NCBI GenBank assembly: GCA_030704615.1
Contig: CM060731.1
Span: 20,646,001 to 20,710,000 of the forward strand
Source of the DNA: Takakia lepidozioides
Taxonomy: Eukaryota; Plantae; Bryophyta
Direction: 5' to 3'
DNA: 64,000 bases
The notes under the pieces were generated by a model. The model did not search any database. It saw nothing but the letters and a program-made list of their open reading frames with translations, and was not told the origin of the DNA. Positions 36,430-47,476 of this stretch are shown one piece after another. How positions within the stretch are numbered: the first letter of the stretch is position 1; each line of letters opens with the position of its first letter. A program made the translations under genes and the position numbers.

Positions 36430-39400
36430 GGCGGTTCTTGAGGGCTTACAGAAACTGCTTTGTCTTTAGTTTGAAGGACTTAGGAGCACTGAAGGGTCAA
36501 GAGATTCGCATTGAATTGGCTACTGACACGCCAATCTTTTGGAGACCCTATAGATACAGTGACATGGAGAGGTCCTTGATTCAGATGAGAACTCAGGACC
36601 TTTGGGAGGCTGGTTTGGTGGAGCTATCTGGGGGAGAGTATGCTTCAGCCACAATGATGCCAGCCAAGAAGGATGTCTTTGGCAATTGGACGGAGAGACG
36701 TATGTGCGGTGATTACCGGCCTGTAAATCGTTAGACCAAGTCCGATAGGTATGCCATGCTAACACCAGAGGAGATCTTTGATGCTATTGGGCATGCCAAG
36801 GTCTTTAGCACGTTGGATTTACGATCCGGATATCACCAATTGCCGATCAAGGAGGCGGATAAGCAAAAGACGACATTCTGGGGGATAAATGAGCACGGGA
36901 AGGATTGCCTATACTAGTGGCGGTTCTTACCATTTGGGCTTAAGAGCGCTCCGGCAGAGTTTCAGAGAGTCATGGACAGGATTCTAGCAGGGGTGGAGTT
37001 TGCTCGGTGCTACATAGATGACATCATCATCTTTAGTGCTACGGTGGAAGAGCATGAGAGACACCTTCAGGGGGTATTTGAGCGCTTGAGGGCGCACGGA
37101 TTGAAGTTACATCCGGGAAAGTGCAAGTTTTTCCACAACCAGATTGAGTATCTGGGTCACATGATATATCCTGGAGGATTGGAGGTACAACAGACTAAGG
37201 TAGAGTCCATTGCACAGGTTCCATGCCCCACGGATGTGAGCCGAGTTCGAGCTTTCATGGGGTTAGCAAACTATTATAGACGGTTTGTTAAGGGATTTAG
37301 TGCCATTGCAAAGGCTCTAACCAAGCTGACCAAGGTGGACCAGGAGTGGCAGTGGGAAGATGAGCAAGAACAAGCTTTTCAAGAGCTCAAGACGAGGTTG
37401 ACCTCGGCACCCATCTTGAGACGACCTATCAGGGGGCGTCCTTTTCAGCTGCATACAGATTGGAGCATGTTGGGGCTTGGAGCGGTGCTCACACAGGTGG
37501 ACGATGAGGGAAGAGAGTTCGTAGTGGCTTATGCTAGCCGCTCGAACAACGTTGCAGAGTCTAAGTATAGCTCATATGAGGGAGAATGCTTAGCTGCAGT
37601 ATGGGCCGTGGCACACTTCAGGTGCTATCTATACGGCAATCTCTTCACCCTTGTCACGGATCACCAACCACTCAAGTGGTTGATGAAGTCAGACAAGCTT
37701 ACGGGGAAGCTTGCACGGTGGGCACTCATCCTTCAAGAGTATGACTTTCAGGTGGTGCATCGACCGGGTTTGGTCAATCGCAATGTAGATGGGTTGAGTC
37801 GCAATCCATGCACGAGCCAGCAGGATGACACTGGAGCTCGGTGGCATGGTGAGACGGATGAGGAGATGGTGCCCGGATGGCATGCATCTGCAATTCTGTG
37901 TATCTTGGCAGCGGAAGGCCAGGTTGGACCTGCAACAGGGATGACTGTAGATCAAGTGTCAGAGGACCCTGAGGCCAGCAATGAGCAAGGTGGCGCCAAA
38001 GATATACATGAGGATTCAGTTGTGTTGGACTACCTCCGCACTGGAGACACTGCAGCCACTGTGACTGCCAAGGAGAGGGATCGGATCCTACAACGAGCCA
38101 AGAGGTTCAAGTGGGAGGGGACATACCTGCTCCGAGTGTGGGAGGATGGTCGAGTGAGGATTGTGCCTCACCCAACATAGCGGGCACGGTTAGTGCGGCA
38201 TGCCCATGAGGAGTTGGGGCATTTTGGGGTGCGACGCACTCATAGTCTACTGCAGGGGCAGTATTGGTGGCGTGGTATGCACATAGAGGTGCAACAATTT
38301 GTGGCTAGGTGCATGGTGTGTGACAGGGTGCGTGCTTCATTCAACGCCCCTACTCCACAATTGCACCCTCTTCCGATCATGGGATTGGGCTACAGGTGGA
38401 GTCTTGACTTCGCAGGGCCGTTGTCACTACCATGCGCCACAACAAGTACGTGGTGGTGATGGTGGAGCACTTCTCCAAGTGGATTGAATTGGTTCCATTG
38501 CCTGATAAGGCTAGTGAGGGAGCTGCGTATGCATTCTTGGATTGTGTGCTTAGCCGATTCGGTGCTCCAGCTAAGGTACTCACGGACCAAGGGAGAGAGT
38601 TTTTGGGGGAGTTTCAGGCTTTGTGTGACAATGCCTTGATAGACCACCGCACCACTTCTCGGGATCATCCTGAGGCCGATGGCTTGGCAGAGAGAGTTGT
38701 TCAGACAGTAAAGAGGGGTTTGCGCAAGTATGGCTTGCAGAAGGGACACCTAGGAGATTGGGACCTTCAGTTACCTTGGTTAGCCATGGGCTACAGGTTC
38801 AGCAAGCAAGCATCACTTGCCTCCTTCTCACCATACTTTCTTCTCTTTGGTCGAGAGCCAGATTTGCCTACATCCATTCGCAGAGAAATTGCTACAGTTC
38901 TTAACCTTGACGATCCGGACGTGTGGGCACGTGCATGTGAGCAGCGTGCAGAGTTGTTCAAGAAAGTCATGCCCATGGCTTTCGAGAACCTTGCCATTGC
39001 ACAACATCGTGATACGTTGAGGTATGCTACCATACGTGGTGGGGACTATCGTCCTGGGGTTCGGAGATTCAACCCTAGTGACTATGTCTATCTGCAGCAG
39101 ACTGCTCCTACGACATTGGATGTGACTGCAATACGTGTTATTTTGAGGGTTCGAGAGGTTTTGCCCTCAGGCGTCTTGGTCTTGGAGGGTCGGGATGGCA
39201 TAACTTGGAAGGACCATGTGCGTAATTGTGCGCCATGTCACCTTCCGAATGTCAATGGCAAGATTGACCCAAACCTGGCAGTGGTATCTGCAAGTTTGAA
39301 ATGCATGTTGTGTGGGTCTGCTAGAGGGGCAGCCACCATGCTGGTGTGTGATCGATGCTCTAGAGGTTGGCATATGGGATGCTTGACTCCACCTCTTGAG

Positions 39401-39445
39401 ATGGTTCCTGATGGGGATTGGTTATGTCCGTATTGCATTGGATAG
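36430..39445 (+). pseudogene. RT - RNase H - integrase - C-terminal PHD finger of the gypsy pol
   Basis: RT RMCGDYRPVN, LDLRSGYHQ, PFGL, YIDDII. RNase H LHTDWS, YEGECLA, TDHQPL. Integrase HHCC (HEELGH...CMVC), DFAGP, TDQGREF, GLAER. PHD CMLC...CDRC...HMGC...WLCPYC. Several TAG stops and a frameshift near 38425. Confidence 0.93.
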
Positions 39446-39701
39446 TGGGAGTGGATACAACCATGGAAGGCTAACAAGAAATGCAAGGCCAAGCTACTAG
39501 GAGACCAACACACGAGATCCTGACTCAAGTTCACAGATTGCAAGACGGCGACTAACGATGGGGTTGCTCTTGTACCTGGCCTCTTGGTCTATAGAGTTTG
39601 AGTACAATAGGGACAGTGATAGAGGACTTAGTACGGCTGTGGCTATTACATCTTGTAGCTATCTGGAGTTAGAGGGACCTAACCACCAGCTAGGGGGGCG
39701 A

Positions 39702-40284
39702 TTGTGGTATAGCTTTCTAGGATTGTGTGCTTAGATTGTGTGGTGGACAGCGATGTATGTTGTGGCACGATGCTTAGGTGCACGACAGCTGTCATGGTTT
39801 TAGTCATGGTTATCTAGAATTACCTACTTCTACTTAACTAGGACATTTTAGATATTTATATTTATATTTTGTGTGTTGGGGACTTCATTTGGTCTCACAT
39901 GCCAAGTGAGGTGTCGAGCCTCACTTGAGACATGGAGATAGGTTTTCCCCTTGTGAGTGTTGAGGAGGCTCATCTTCTTATAGTTGAGCCTCCATGAGCT
40001 TCTCTCACCTCCATAGCTTTAGGTATTGAGAGGGAGTGTGTTGAGGGCTTTGTAGGGTGGATTCCTTTAGCAAAGGTGCCCTTGGCTTGACTAAGTTTAT
40101 GTGATAGAGTGGATTTCACTTGGAAGGACTAGGGCTTGTTCTTCATGTGATTGCTTCATGCTTTGAGAGCTTTCATTGTCTTCTACTTCTCTCATTTCTC
40201 ATCTCTTATCATTGTGGTATAGCTTTCTAGGATTGTGTGGTGGACAGCGATGTATGTTGTGGCACGATGCTTAGGTGCACGACA
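39702..40284 (+). repeat. 3' repeat block B1(39702-39787)-GC-A2(39790-40211)-B2(40212-40284)
   Basis: TTGTGGTATAGCTTTCTAGG...TTAGGTGCACGACA occurs on both sides of A2. B1 has 13 extra nt. Confidence 0.95.
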
Positions 40285-42140
40285 GGCAGTTCAATAGTTT
40301 TCCGTTGTAGTTCTTGTTGCATCTTCATTATCCTATTGCATTTTAGATATATATTTTAATATCTTTACTAGATATTTTAACCTTTAATTTGGAAAAATAT
40401 TTAAACTTGAAAACTTAGAGTTTACAACCACTTGTCCATATACCACCTGACCATTCTAGATTATAGGTTTGCATGCCTTTTCAGTAAAAGATGACACCCA
40501 AAAATCCAAAACATAAAATGCTATGGACAATTTGTTTTTTAGGTGTAAAATAGTCCATAGCTCTCAATTCCTAAGGTAACTAGTCAATATAAAAGTGGAT
40601 TTGGATTGGATTTAAAATGAAACCCTAATGTGTTTTCATTTGTGTCATTATATGAGTGTACATGATGTTTTTTTAGTCCATAAGATTTTATTTGTAACAT
40701 CTACAGTTCATAGTAATCAACTTTAAAAGTCCATAGCTCTATGGTACATGATTGTTTTTGCAATCTAACAGGTGGTACACATACCTAGTGTAGTTAGAAA
40801 CCCTACACCATATAAATTTAGATGAAATATTGAGTTGTTGGACAAATATGGGTAAAGCCATGAAGGGAGGTCACTGCGAAAACTGCATATTATATAAGGT
40901 TTGGTCCACCCATCTGTGCATTTATCCTGCTCAGCGATTTTGGGTCAAATTTGGGGATGCATCATGTACCATATGGTGATTGTGAGATCCTTAAGAGAGA
41001 TGAGAGGAATGAGCGTCATGGGAAGCCATCGTGCAGCCTATGGAACATGTGGGTATTTCACATACTGGTGCAAAGACTTTCAAACAACCTTGGTAATTTT
41101 AGGAAAGCTTTTACTCATTTACATCTATGTCCAGCCCTCATCTCAATTCACCTAATGTTATTACATGGGTAGATGGTGTGTTTGATAGTGATGAACAACA
41201 ACAACAATTTTCAGAGGTCTTCCATGTCAAAGCAGATATACTACAATTGCCAAAAGTCTATTTGAGGCTGCCACTTTTCCAGCCACCTTGGACGTTGTCT
41301 ACTCTTAAATGACATTAATGATAAGAATCAGGACCTTGCATTGCATTCACCATTTTTGTAAACAAACTTCCCCTTTGTATTTGTAAGACAAGTTAGAAAA
41401 ATTTACGTTACTGTGGACATAATATACATAATTTTGTTTGACTCTCTAGGACTTGGGGATTTCTGCTGTGGAGCACTTAGAGGTGGAGGTCAAAATCTCA
41501 AAAAAAAAAAAACTTGGTGGTTTTCCCAAATGTGGCCAGTGACTACATATGATCAAATGGGTTTAGCCAAAAGAAAATGTTTTGGCTATTTGTGATTTAG
41601 AAAAGTTTGTAGCAGAAGTGTCTTCGGCATGACTACTTTACTTTTAGCAATGGTGGCTATTGGATGTCAAAATGCAATAGCCACCTTTTTTCCTGTGCTG
41701 TTTGGGAAAAGTGTCAGTGATTTATTTTGCCATACAAGATTTCAGGGTGACAGTACCATTTATTGATTTCACCACGCTCAACAATCAAATGTTATAATTT
41801 CGTAGATCCAACGGTACTCCAAATTTTGTTTTTGCGTTGGATGGCCAGGATAGGTGGGCATCCAACCCTACGGTGGAAATGACTAGTTTGTCCCGAGACA
41901 GGAGTTGTGGTTCGGTCAATTTTGGTAGTGGCTACTGGCAACCTCTTGACACTAGTGACACTTTGATGGTGTTTTTGTTTATGGATCATGTAGTTGTAGA
42001 GGGATGACAGGGTGGTGGGGTGATAGAGATATGTGCTCAATTTGTGGCTTTGTCTGTGTGCATGGCAGGGGGCTGACTTATTGACATGACAGTTTGATAT
42101 GCTACTGCGACTAGTAGGTAGGGGGGGGGGGGGTTGGGGG

Positions 42141-45100
42141 TAAGGCTTCAAAAGGGAGACATGGAATACTGGGTGCACCTTGCTGTTTGCCGGCAGCTCC
42201 AATTCATACACATCCTCATTCATAACCTTCCGAATGCGAAAGGGTCCCGCATACGGAGGTACGAACTTCGGACTCACTTCCGGAGGTAGTCGAAAATTCT
42301 TGATGTTCAACCAGACCTCTGTGCCTGCCTCAAACTTCACTTCCCTCCGCTTCCGATTCGCCTACCTTTCATACTGTTTCCTAGCTTTGGCAATGTTGTA
42401 CTTTGCGAGCTTCAACAAACGCTCGCGTTCTTCCAGTACCGCCGCTACTGCCGGTTCCTCACCGTCCTGGGCGGCCCAACTTGTCGGCACCAGAGGTGCT
42501 TTTCCATAGACCAATACGAAAGGGGAAACTCCCATTGCGGAGTGTTCTGTGTTATTATAACAGAACTCTGCCGCGTCTAAGTGTTCCATCCAGTCTGATT
42601 GGTCTGCCGACACGTAATTCCGTAAGAATTGCTTCACTACGGAATTCACTCTTTCCGTTTGGCCGTCCGTCGTAGGTCGGAAGGCAGTGCTTATCTTCAG
42701 CCTCGTCCCCATCTTCTTCCAAAGTGTCCTCCAAAATTTACTCGTAAACTTTGGATCGCGATCCGAGACAATATCCTTCGGGACTCCATGATGCTTTAAG
42801 ACGTGGGCGAAGTAAAGTCGCCCTGTCTCCTGCGCCGTTGCCGTCTCCTTGGTGGGGATGAAATGGCCCATTTTACTGAACCTATCCACCACCACCATGA
42901 TTGCATCGAATCTTTTTGACAGCGGCATAGCAGTCATGAAATCCATCGAGACGCTTTCCCAAGTCCCCTCTGGAATCGGCAAGGGTTGTAACAGCCCCGC
43001 TTGCTTTTTGTACTCGCTCCGATTTTGTTGGCATGTGGTGCATGTCTTGACATACTCCTCTGCCTCCTCCCTCAGTTTGGGCCAGAAATACTCTTTCTTC
43101 AGGAGTGCCGCAGTGCGCTTGGCACCGCCGTGGCCCGCAAGCGGGCTATCATGGCATTCTCTCAAGAGGCTATCTCTGATCCTTCCCTTTGGCACGTAGA
43201 GACGTTTTTGCTTATACCGGAGGAGTCCATTTTGCAAGTGGAACTGCGATTTAACCCCCATCCTCAAGTCCTGCATCACGGACTTCGCCAGCTCATCCTT
43301 CCGGTAAGCCTTCCGGATCTTCCTTTGGAGCGCCGTCTCACCCTTGTACACCAACAAGAGCTGTTGCTTTCTACTTAAAGCATCGGCCACCACGTTGTCT
43401 CGTCCCGGTTTGTACTGGATATCCACGTCGAACACCGCCAAAGTATCTTGCCACCTAAGTTGTTTTGGGACAACTTGGGCTGCGTGGCAAAATACTTCAC
43501 CGTGACATTGTCCGTGAACACCTTCACTGGGTTGGAACCAACATAGTGGCGCCAAAGCTCAAGACAGTGCACCACCGCCTTCATCTCTTTTTCGTGCGTC
43601 GGCCATCGTCGCTCCACTTCATTCAGTTTCTTACTTTCGTAAGCCACTGGACGTTCATCTTGCATAAGTACACCCCCAATCGCGAAGTCCGACGCATCTG
43701 TATGAATCTCAAATGGACGATCGAACTCCGGGATTTTCAAGACTGGAGCTTCCGCCATCCGCTGCTTCAATTCAGCAAAAGCTTGACCACAAAATGTGTT
43801 CCATACCCAGACTTTGGATTTACACAGAAGGTCCGACAGCGGCCCCGCGATCTTGGCGAAATTTCTCACATACTTCCGGTAATAGGAGGCGAGTCCTAAG
43901 AAGGATCGCACTCCCGGGACCGAAGTCGGAGGCTCCCAGTCCAAGATCGCCCTCACCTTTCTGTCATCCATTTTGATCCCATCCTGTGTAATCACATGCC
44001 CCAAGAACTCCACTTTCGTGACCCCGAATTCGCATTTTGAAGCTTTGGCGTACAGCTTCCCTTCCTGCAACTTTTGGAACACCCTTTTGAGGTGCTCCAA
44101 GTGTTCCTCCTTTGTTTTCGAGTACACCAAGATGTCGTCGATGTACACGATCACAAAGTCGTCCAACCACTCCTGAAAAAGGCTGTTCATCAGCGTGCTA
44201 AAGGTCGCCGGTGCATTAGTGAGCCCAAAAGGCATCACCAAGAACTCATATGAACCATACCTTGTCCTGCACGCGGTCTTCTCCTCATCTCCTTCCGCCA
44301 CCCGAATTTGATGATAGCTGGAGCGCAAGTCGATCCGGCTGAAATACTTCGCTCCTGCCAACCGGTCGAAAAGGTCGTCGATCCTTGGCAAAGGGTACCG
44401 ATTTTTAATAGTCACCTTATTCAAAGCCCTGTAATCGACACACATCCGCAGCGTCCCATCCTTCTTGTCTGCGAATAGCACCGGGGCTCCGTAAGGTGAC
44501 TTACTCGGCCGGATGTACCCCTTTGACATTAGATCCTTGAGCTGAGTCTTCAGCTCGACCAACTCTCTGTGGCTCAACCGGTAGGGCGCCTTGGCAGGCG
44601 GTTCCGATCCCGGTATCACCTCAATCTTGTGGTCAACTCCTCTTTGCGGTGGCAAGCCACTTGGTAAATCCTCCGGCATCACATCCTGGTATTTCTCCAA
44701 AATCCCCTTGATCCAATCTGGGCTCGGCTTCCCATCGCCTTCTCCTTTCACTTCTCTAATGTAAAGCAAAAACTGGGACTCGTGTGCCTCCTCCACGGCC
44801 CACTCCTTTGCTGACAGAAGGTTTATTCGCCCTCCCACGGATTTGGGCGTTTCCGACACTCGTAAAACCTCGCCACCATTCCCACATGGCAGCGTGACTA
44901 CTCTCTTGCGGCCATCTATGACCGCTCCGGATTTGCTCAAAAAGGTCATTCCCAAAATGAGATCCACTCCATCGATCTCGCAGATGGTGAAGTTCTCACG
45001 TCCCTCCCAACTCCCCAGTTGAAGAGGAACATCAAACGCCAACCTTGTCGCCAACTGAGGTTCTCCTTTGGCAGAGCGCACCTCAATAGAGGCCCCCACG

Positions 45101-46440
45101 TCACTTGTCGGGAGTCCCAACTTTCGCGCCGCCGCCGGCGTCATGAAGGAGTGCGACGCTCCTGTGTCCACCAACAACGACACGTTAGTTCCGGATATTA
45201 TCCCATCCACGAACAATAACTGACTCCCTTTACGCAGGGCGCCGATTTCCTGATACAACTCACAAGAATAGTTGCCTACCTTGCAAGTCCTGGCGACCAC
45301 CGCTTCCACCAAGCGACTGATGGTATCTTCCGACAGCTCCGTGGTTGCCCGAGTCATGTTCAATTGTCGAGGTTTTGTGCACTTCTTGGCCATGTGCCCG
45401 GGCTCCCCGCAATTGAAACACACTCCATCAAAGGTTGCCTTCTGTCCGCCATAAGCCGCTCCACCCGCTTTTCTTTTCGAAGCACCGGGTGCCGCCTTGA
45501 TGTGTGAAGGCCCTCCCTTCGATTTCCACGTGCCATTGTCGTCGCGTGGCCTATCCCACTTCTTTTCCGGTCGGAAGGAGTCACCTTCCCGCCGGGTCTT
45601 CTTGTGGTTCAGCTCCGTACGGCCTTGTCTCTCACCCCTAGGGACATCCGAGAAACATTCAGCCCTCTCAATTGCCTCGTTCAAAGTCTTGGGTGACTTC
45701 TCCTCCAACTTCCGCCTGGCCCATGGGGCCAGTCCCGCCACAAAGTTGAAGACCATTTCTGGTTCTGCCATGTCCGCGACTTCGAGCAACAACACATTGA
45801 AAGCCTGGACATACCCCCGAATGTCATCTGTTTGCTTCAAATTCCTCATCTTGTCCCGGGCAAGCCAGGACGCGTTGAGGGGCACAAACTGTCTCTTCAT
45901 CAATTCCTTGAACCCACTCCAATTCAAGGTTTCCGGACTTGGACCTCGGTCGTGAAGACGTTTCTGCCACCATTGTTGAGCATAGCCCCTCAAATAGGTG
46001 GGAGCCACTTCCACCTGATCCTCGTCACTCAACTTGGCCGCCCGGAAGTACTGCTCTAGCTCCAAGAGCCAGGTGTTGAGTGCCTTCCGATTTTGGACGC
46101 CCTCGAAGGTGCCGGGTTCTTTAGGCTTCACCTTAAACTTTGCCTTAGCGGAAGTGGCATTAGCCGCCTTCAACACGTCTTTCAACGTCCCGCCAAACTG
46201 CGCCAACAACCCTTCCCAAAAGGCTGCCGGCATGGGAGGCATCTCTTGGTTTGTCGGAGCTCTCAAGGATTCCTCGGGCTCCGACTCCTCGGATTCCTCC
46301 CGCTCTTGAGCGGCCTCGTTTTCGGAAACATTCATCGCTTCCTCAAACGGCCGCCTCGGTGACACGTCGCCCCCATCGGGCTCACCAGGATCATCATCTT
46401 TTGGGCTGTTCCGCTTTCGCTTTGGCTTGCCCGACCCCAT
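42141..46440 (-). pseudogene. gag-pol polyprotein of the truncated gypsy element
   Basis: Zn knuckle [71 protein letters not shown]. One frameshift near 43460 and a TAG at 42362. Confidence 0.92.
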
Positions 46441-46481
46441 GATGAGGCCAATCCCAAGGACGATCGCGTACTGAACTCTAA

Positions 46482-46493
46482 GCTCTGATACCA
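46482..46493 (-). promoter_or_regulatory. Primer-binding site complementary to initiator tRNA-Met
   Basis: Minus strand reads ...CA TT TGGTATCAGAGC immediately inside the LTR. Confidence 0.9.
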
Positions 46494-47476
46494 AATGTCG
46501 CGCACCTCCCTTCGGTAAGCTCCCCCTCAAGTCATAGTTACTCGCTTTGATGCGCGCGCCTGACTCCCAACCTGGCCGCCGGGCCAACTTGGAGCTTCGG
46601 CTGCTCACCGGGGCATAACGGTCCCCCTTTGTTCTCCCAAAGAACCCTCCACCGCTTTGGAACCAGCGGGAATTCCCTTTTGTAGTTGGCAGTCCGGAAC
46701 AGCTCCCCACTCTTTGGTCGCTTTCCGGCTCGCTCGCTTACTCACTAGTTTTTGGTCACCAACGGGCTTGCACCGTTCTCGGGGTTACTACTCCCTATAT
46801 ATACTTCTGTAGCTATCCGCGGGGGTTTCACAACCAGCCATGCCATTTTATGGCGAACCACCACGAAGACCCTCGATTCCCGGTGGTGAGTCGCGGTGAG
46901 TCTTGGCCCACTCACCGCGGCCCCAATGGACCGTGATGAGTCCCAAGACTCCCCACGACTCCCACCTCGAGGTCTCCACCCCATGGTGAGTCCTATGCCA
47001 CCCCCACTAAGTCCCGCTAAGCTACCACCACCCTTGTGGAGCCACCCCCACCGCAACCCGGTGTGCGGGGCTCCACCTAGTGAGCGCCTCCGCCTCCTTG
47101 AGTGCCTTGGGCACTCAAGGGTGCTTCAGCCCCCGTACCTATCGCTGCTACTGCCCCCACCATAGGGGCAGCCCCTCTTGTGTCCCGACCCCCCTGCCCT
47201 CAAGGCAAAGGGCCGCGACAAGTAGGTTGGGGGGGGGGGGGGGTTTGGGGGTTTGGGAGGGGGAAAGGGGGGCTGGATGGTAGTGGTAGGGAAGGGGGGG
47301 AATGGGCTTCAATTGGGTTCGATTCCCATCCGAGTCTAGGCTGTAGGGGGATACCTTTACTTGTGAGAGAAACATCTAGTATCACTAAGTTTAACACCTG
47401 GCTGAACTAGTGTTTGACATATGTACATTGAGCAAGTTCAAGATCCCCTTGAATTGCCTTGAATTGTTGTATCTTT

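Larger units (their letters stand above)
19100..40284 (+). mobile_element. Ty3/gypsy-type retrotransposon carrying DNMT and PHD domains, with split direct repeats; interrupted by a MULE
   Basis: Termini TGTCATG...CACGACA with 4-bp TSD GGCA (19096-19099, 40285-40288). The empty site can be reconstructed from the duplicate at ~16900. Domain order gag-PR-DNMT-RT-RH-INT-PHD. PPT-like AGGGGGGCG at 39692-39700. Confidence 0.9.
42141..47220 (-). mobile_element. 3'-truncated Ty3/gypsy (chromovirus-like) LTR retrotransposon
   Basis: 5' LTR 46496-47220 with inverted termini TGTCGCG/CGCGACA and PBS TGGTATCAGAGC. gag-pol follows and breaks off after the [15 protein letters not shown] motif. No 3' LTR. 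Confidence 0.92.

Noticed and set aside
19100-40284. Classification as a DIRS/Ngaro tyrosine-recombinase element because of the split repeats
   Set aside because: No recombinase ORF seen. A protease, an HHCC-DDE integrase, TG...CA ends and a TSD are present.
46441-46710. N-terminal 90 aa of the 1111-aa ORF
   Set aside because: It runs through the LTR and PBS from a non-ATG start. The plausible gag start is the ATG at 46440.
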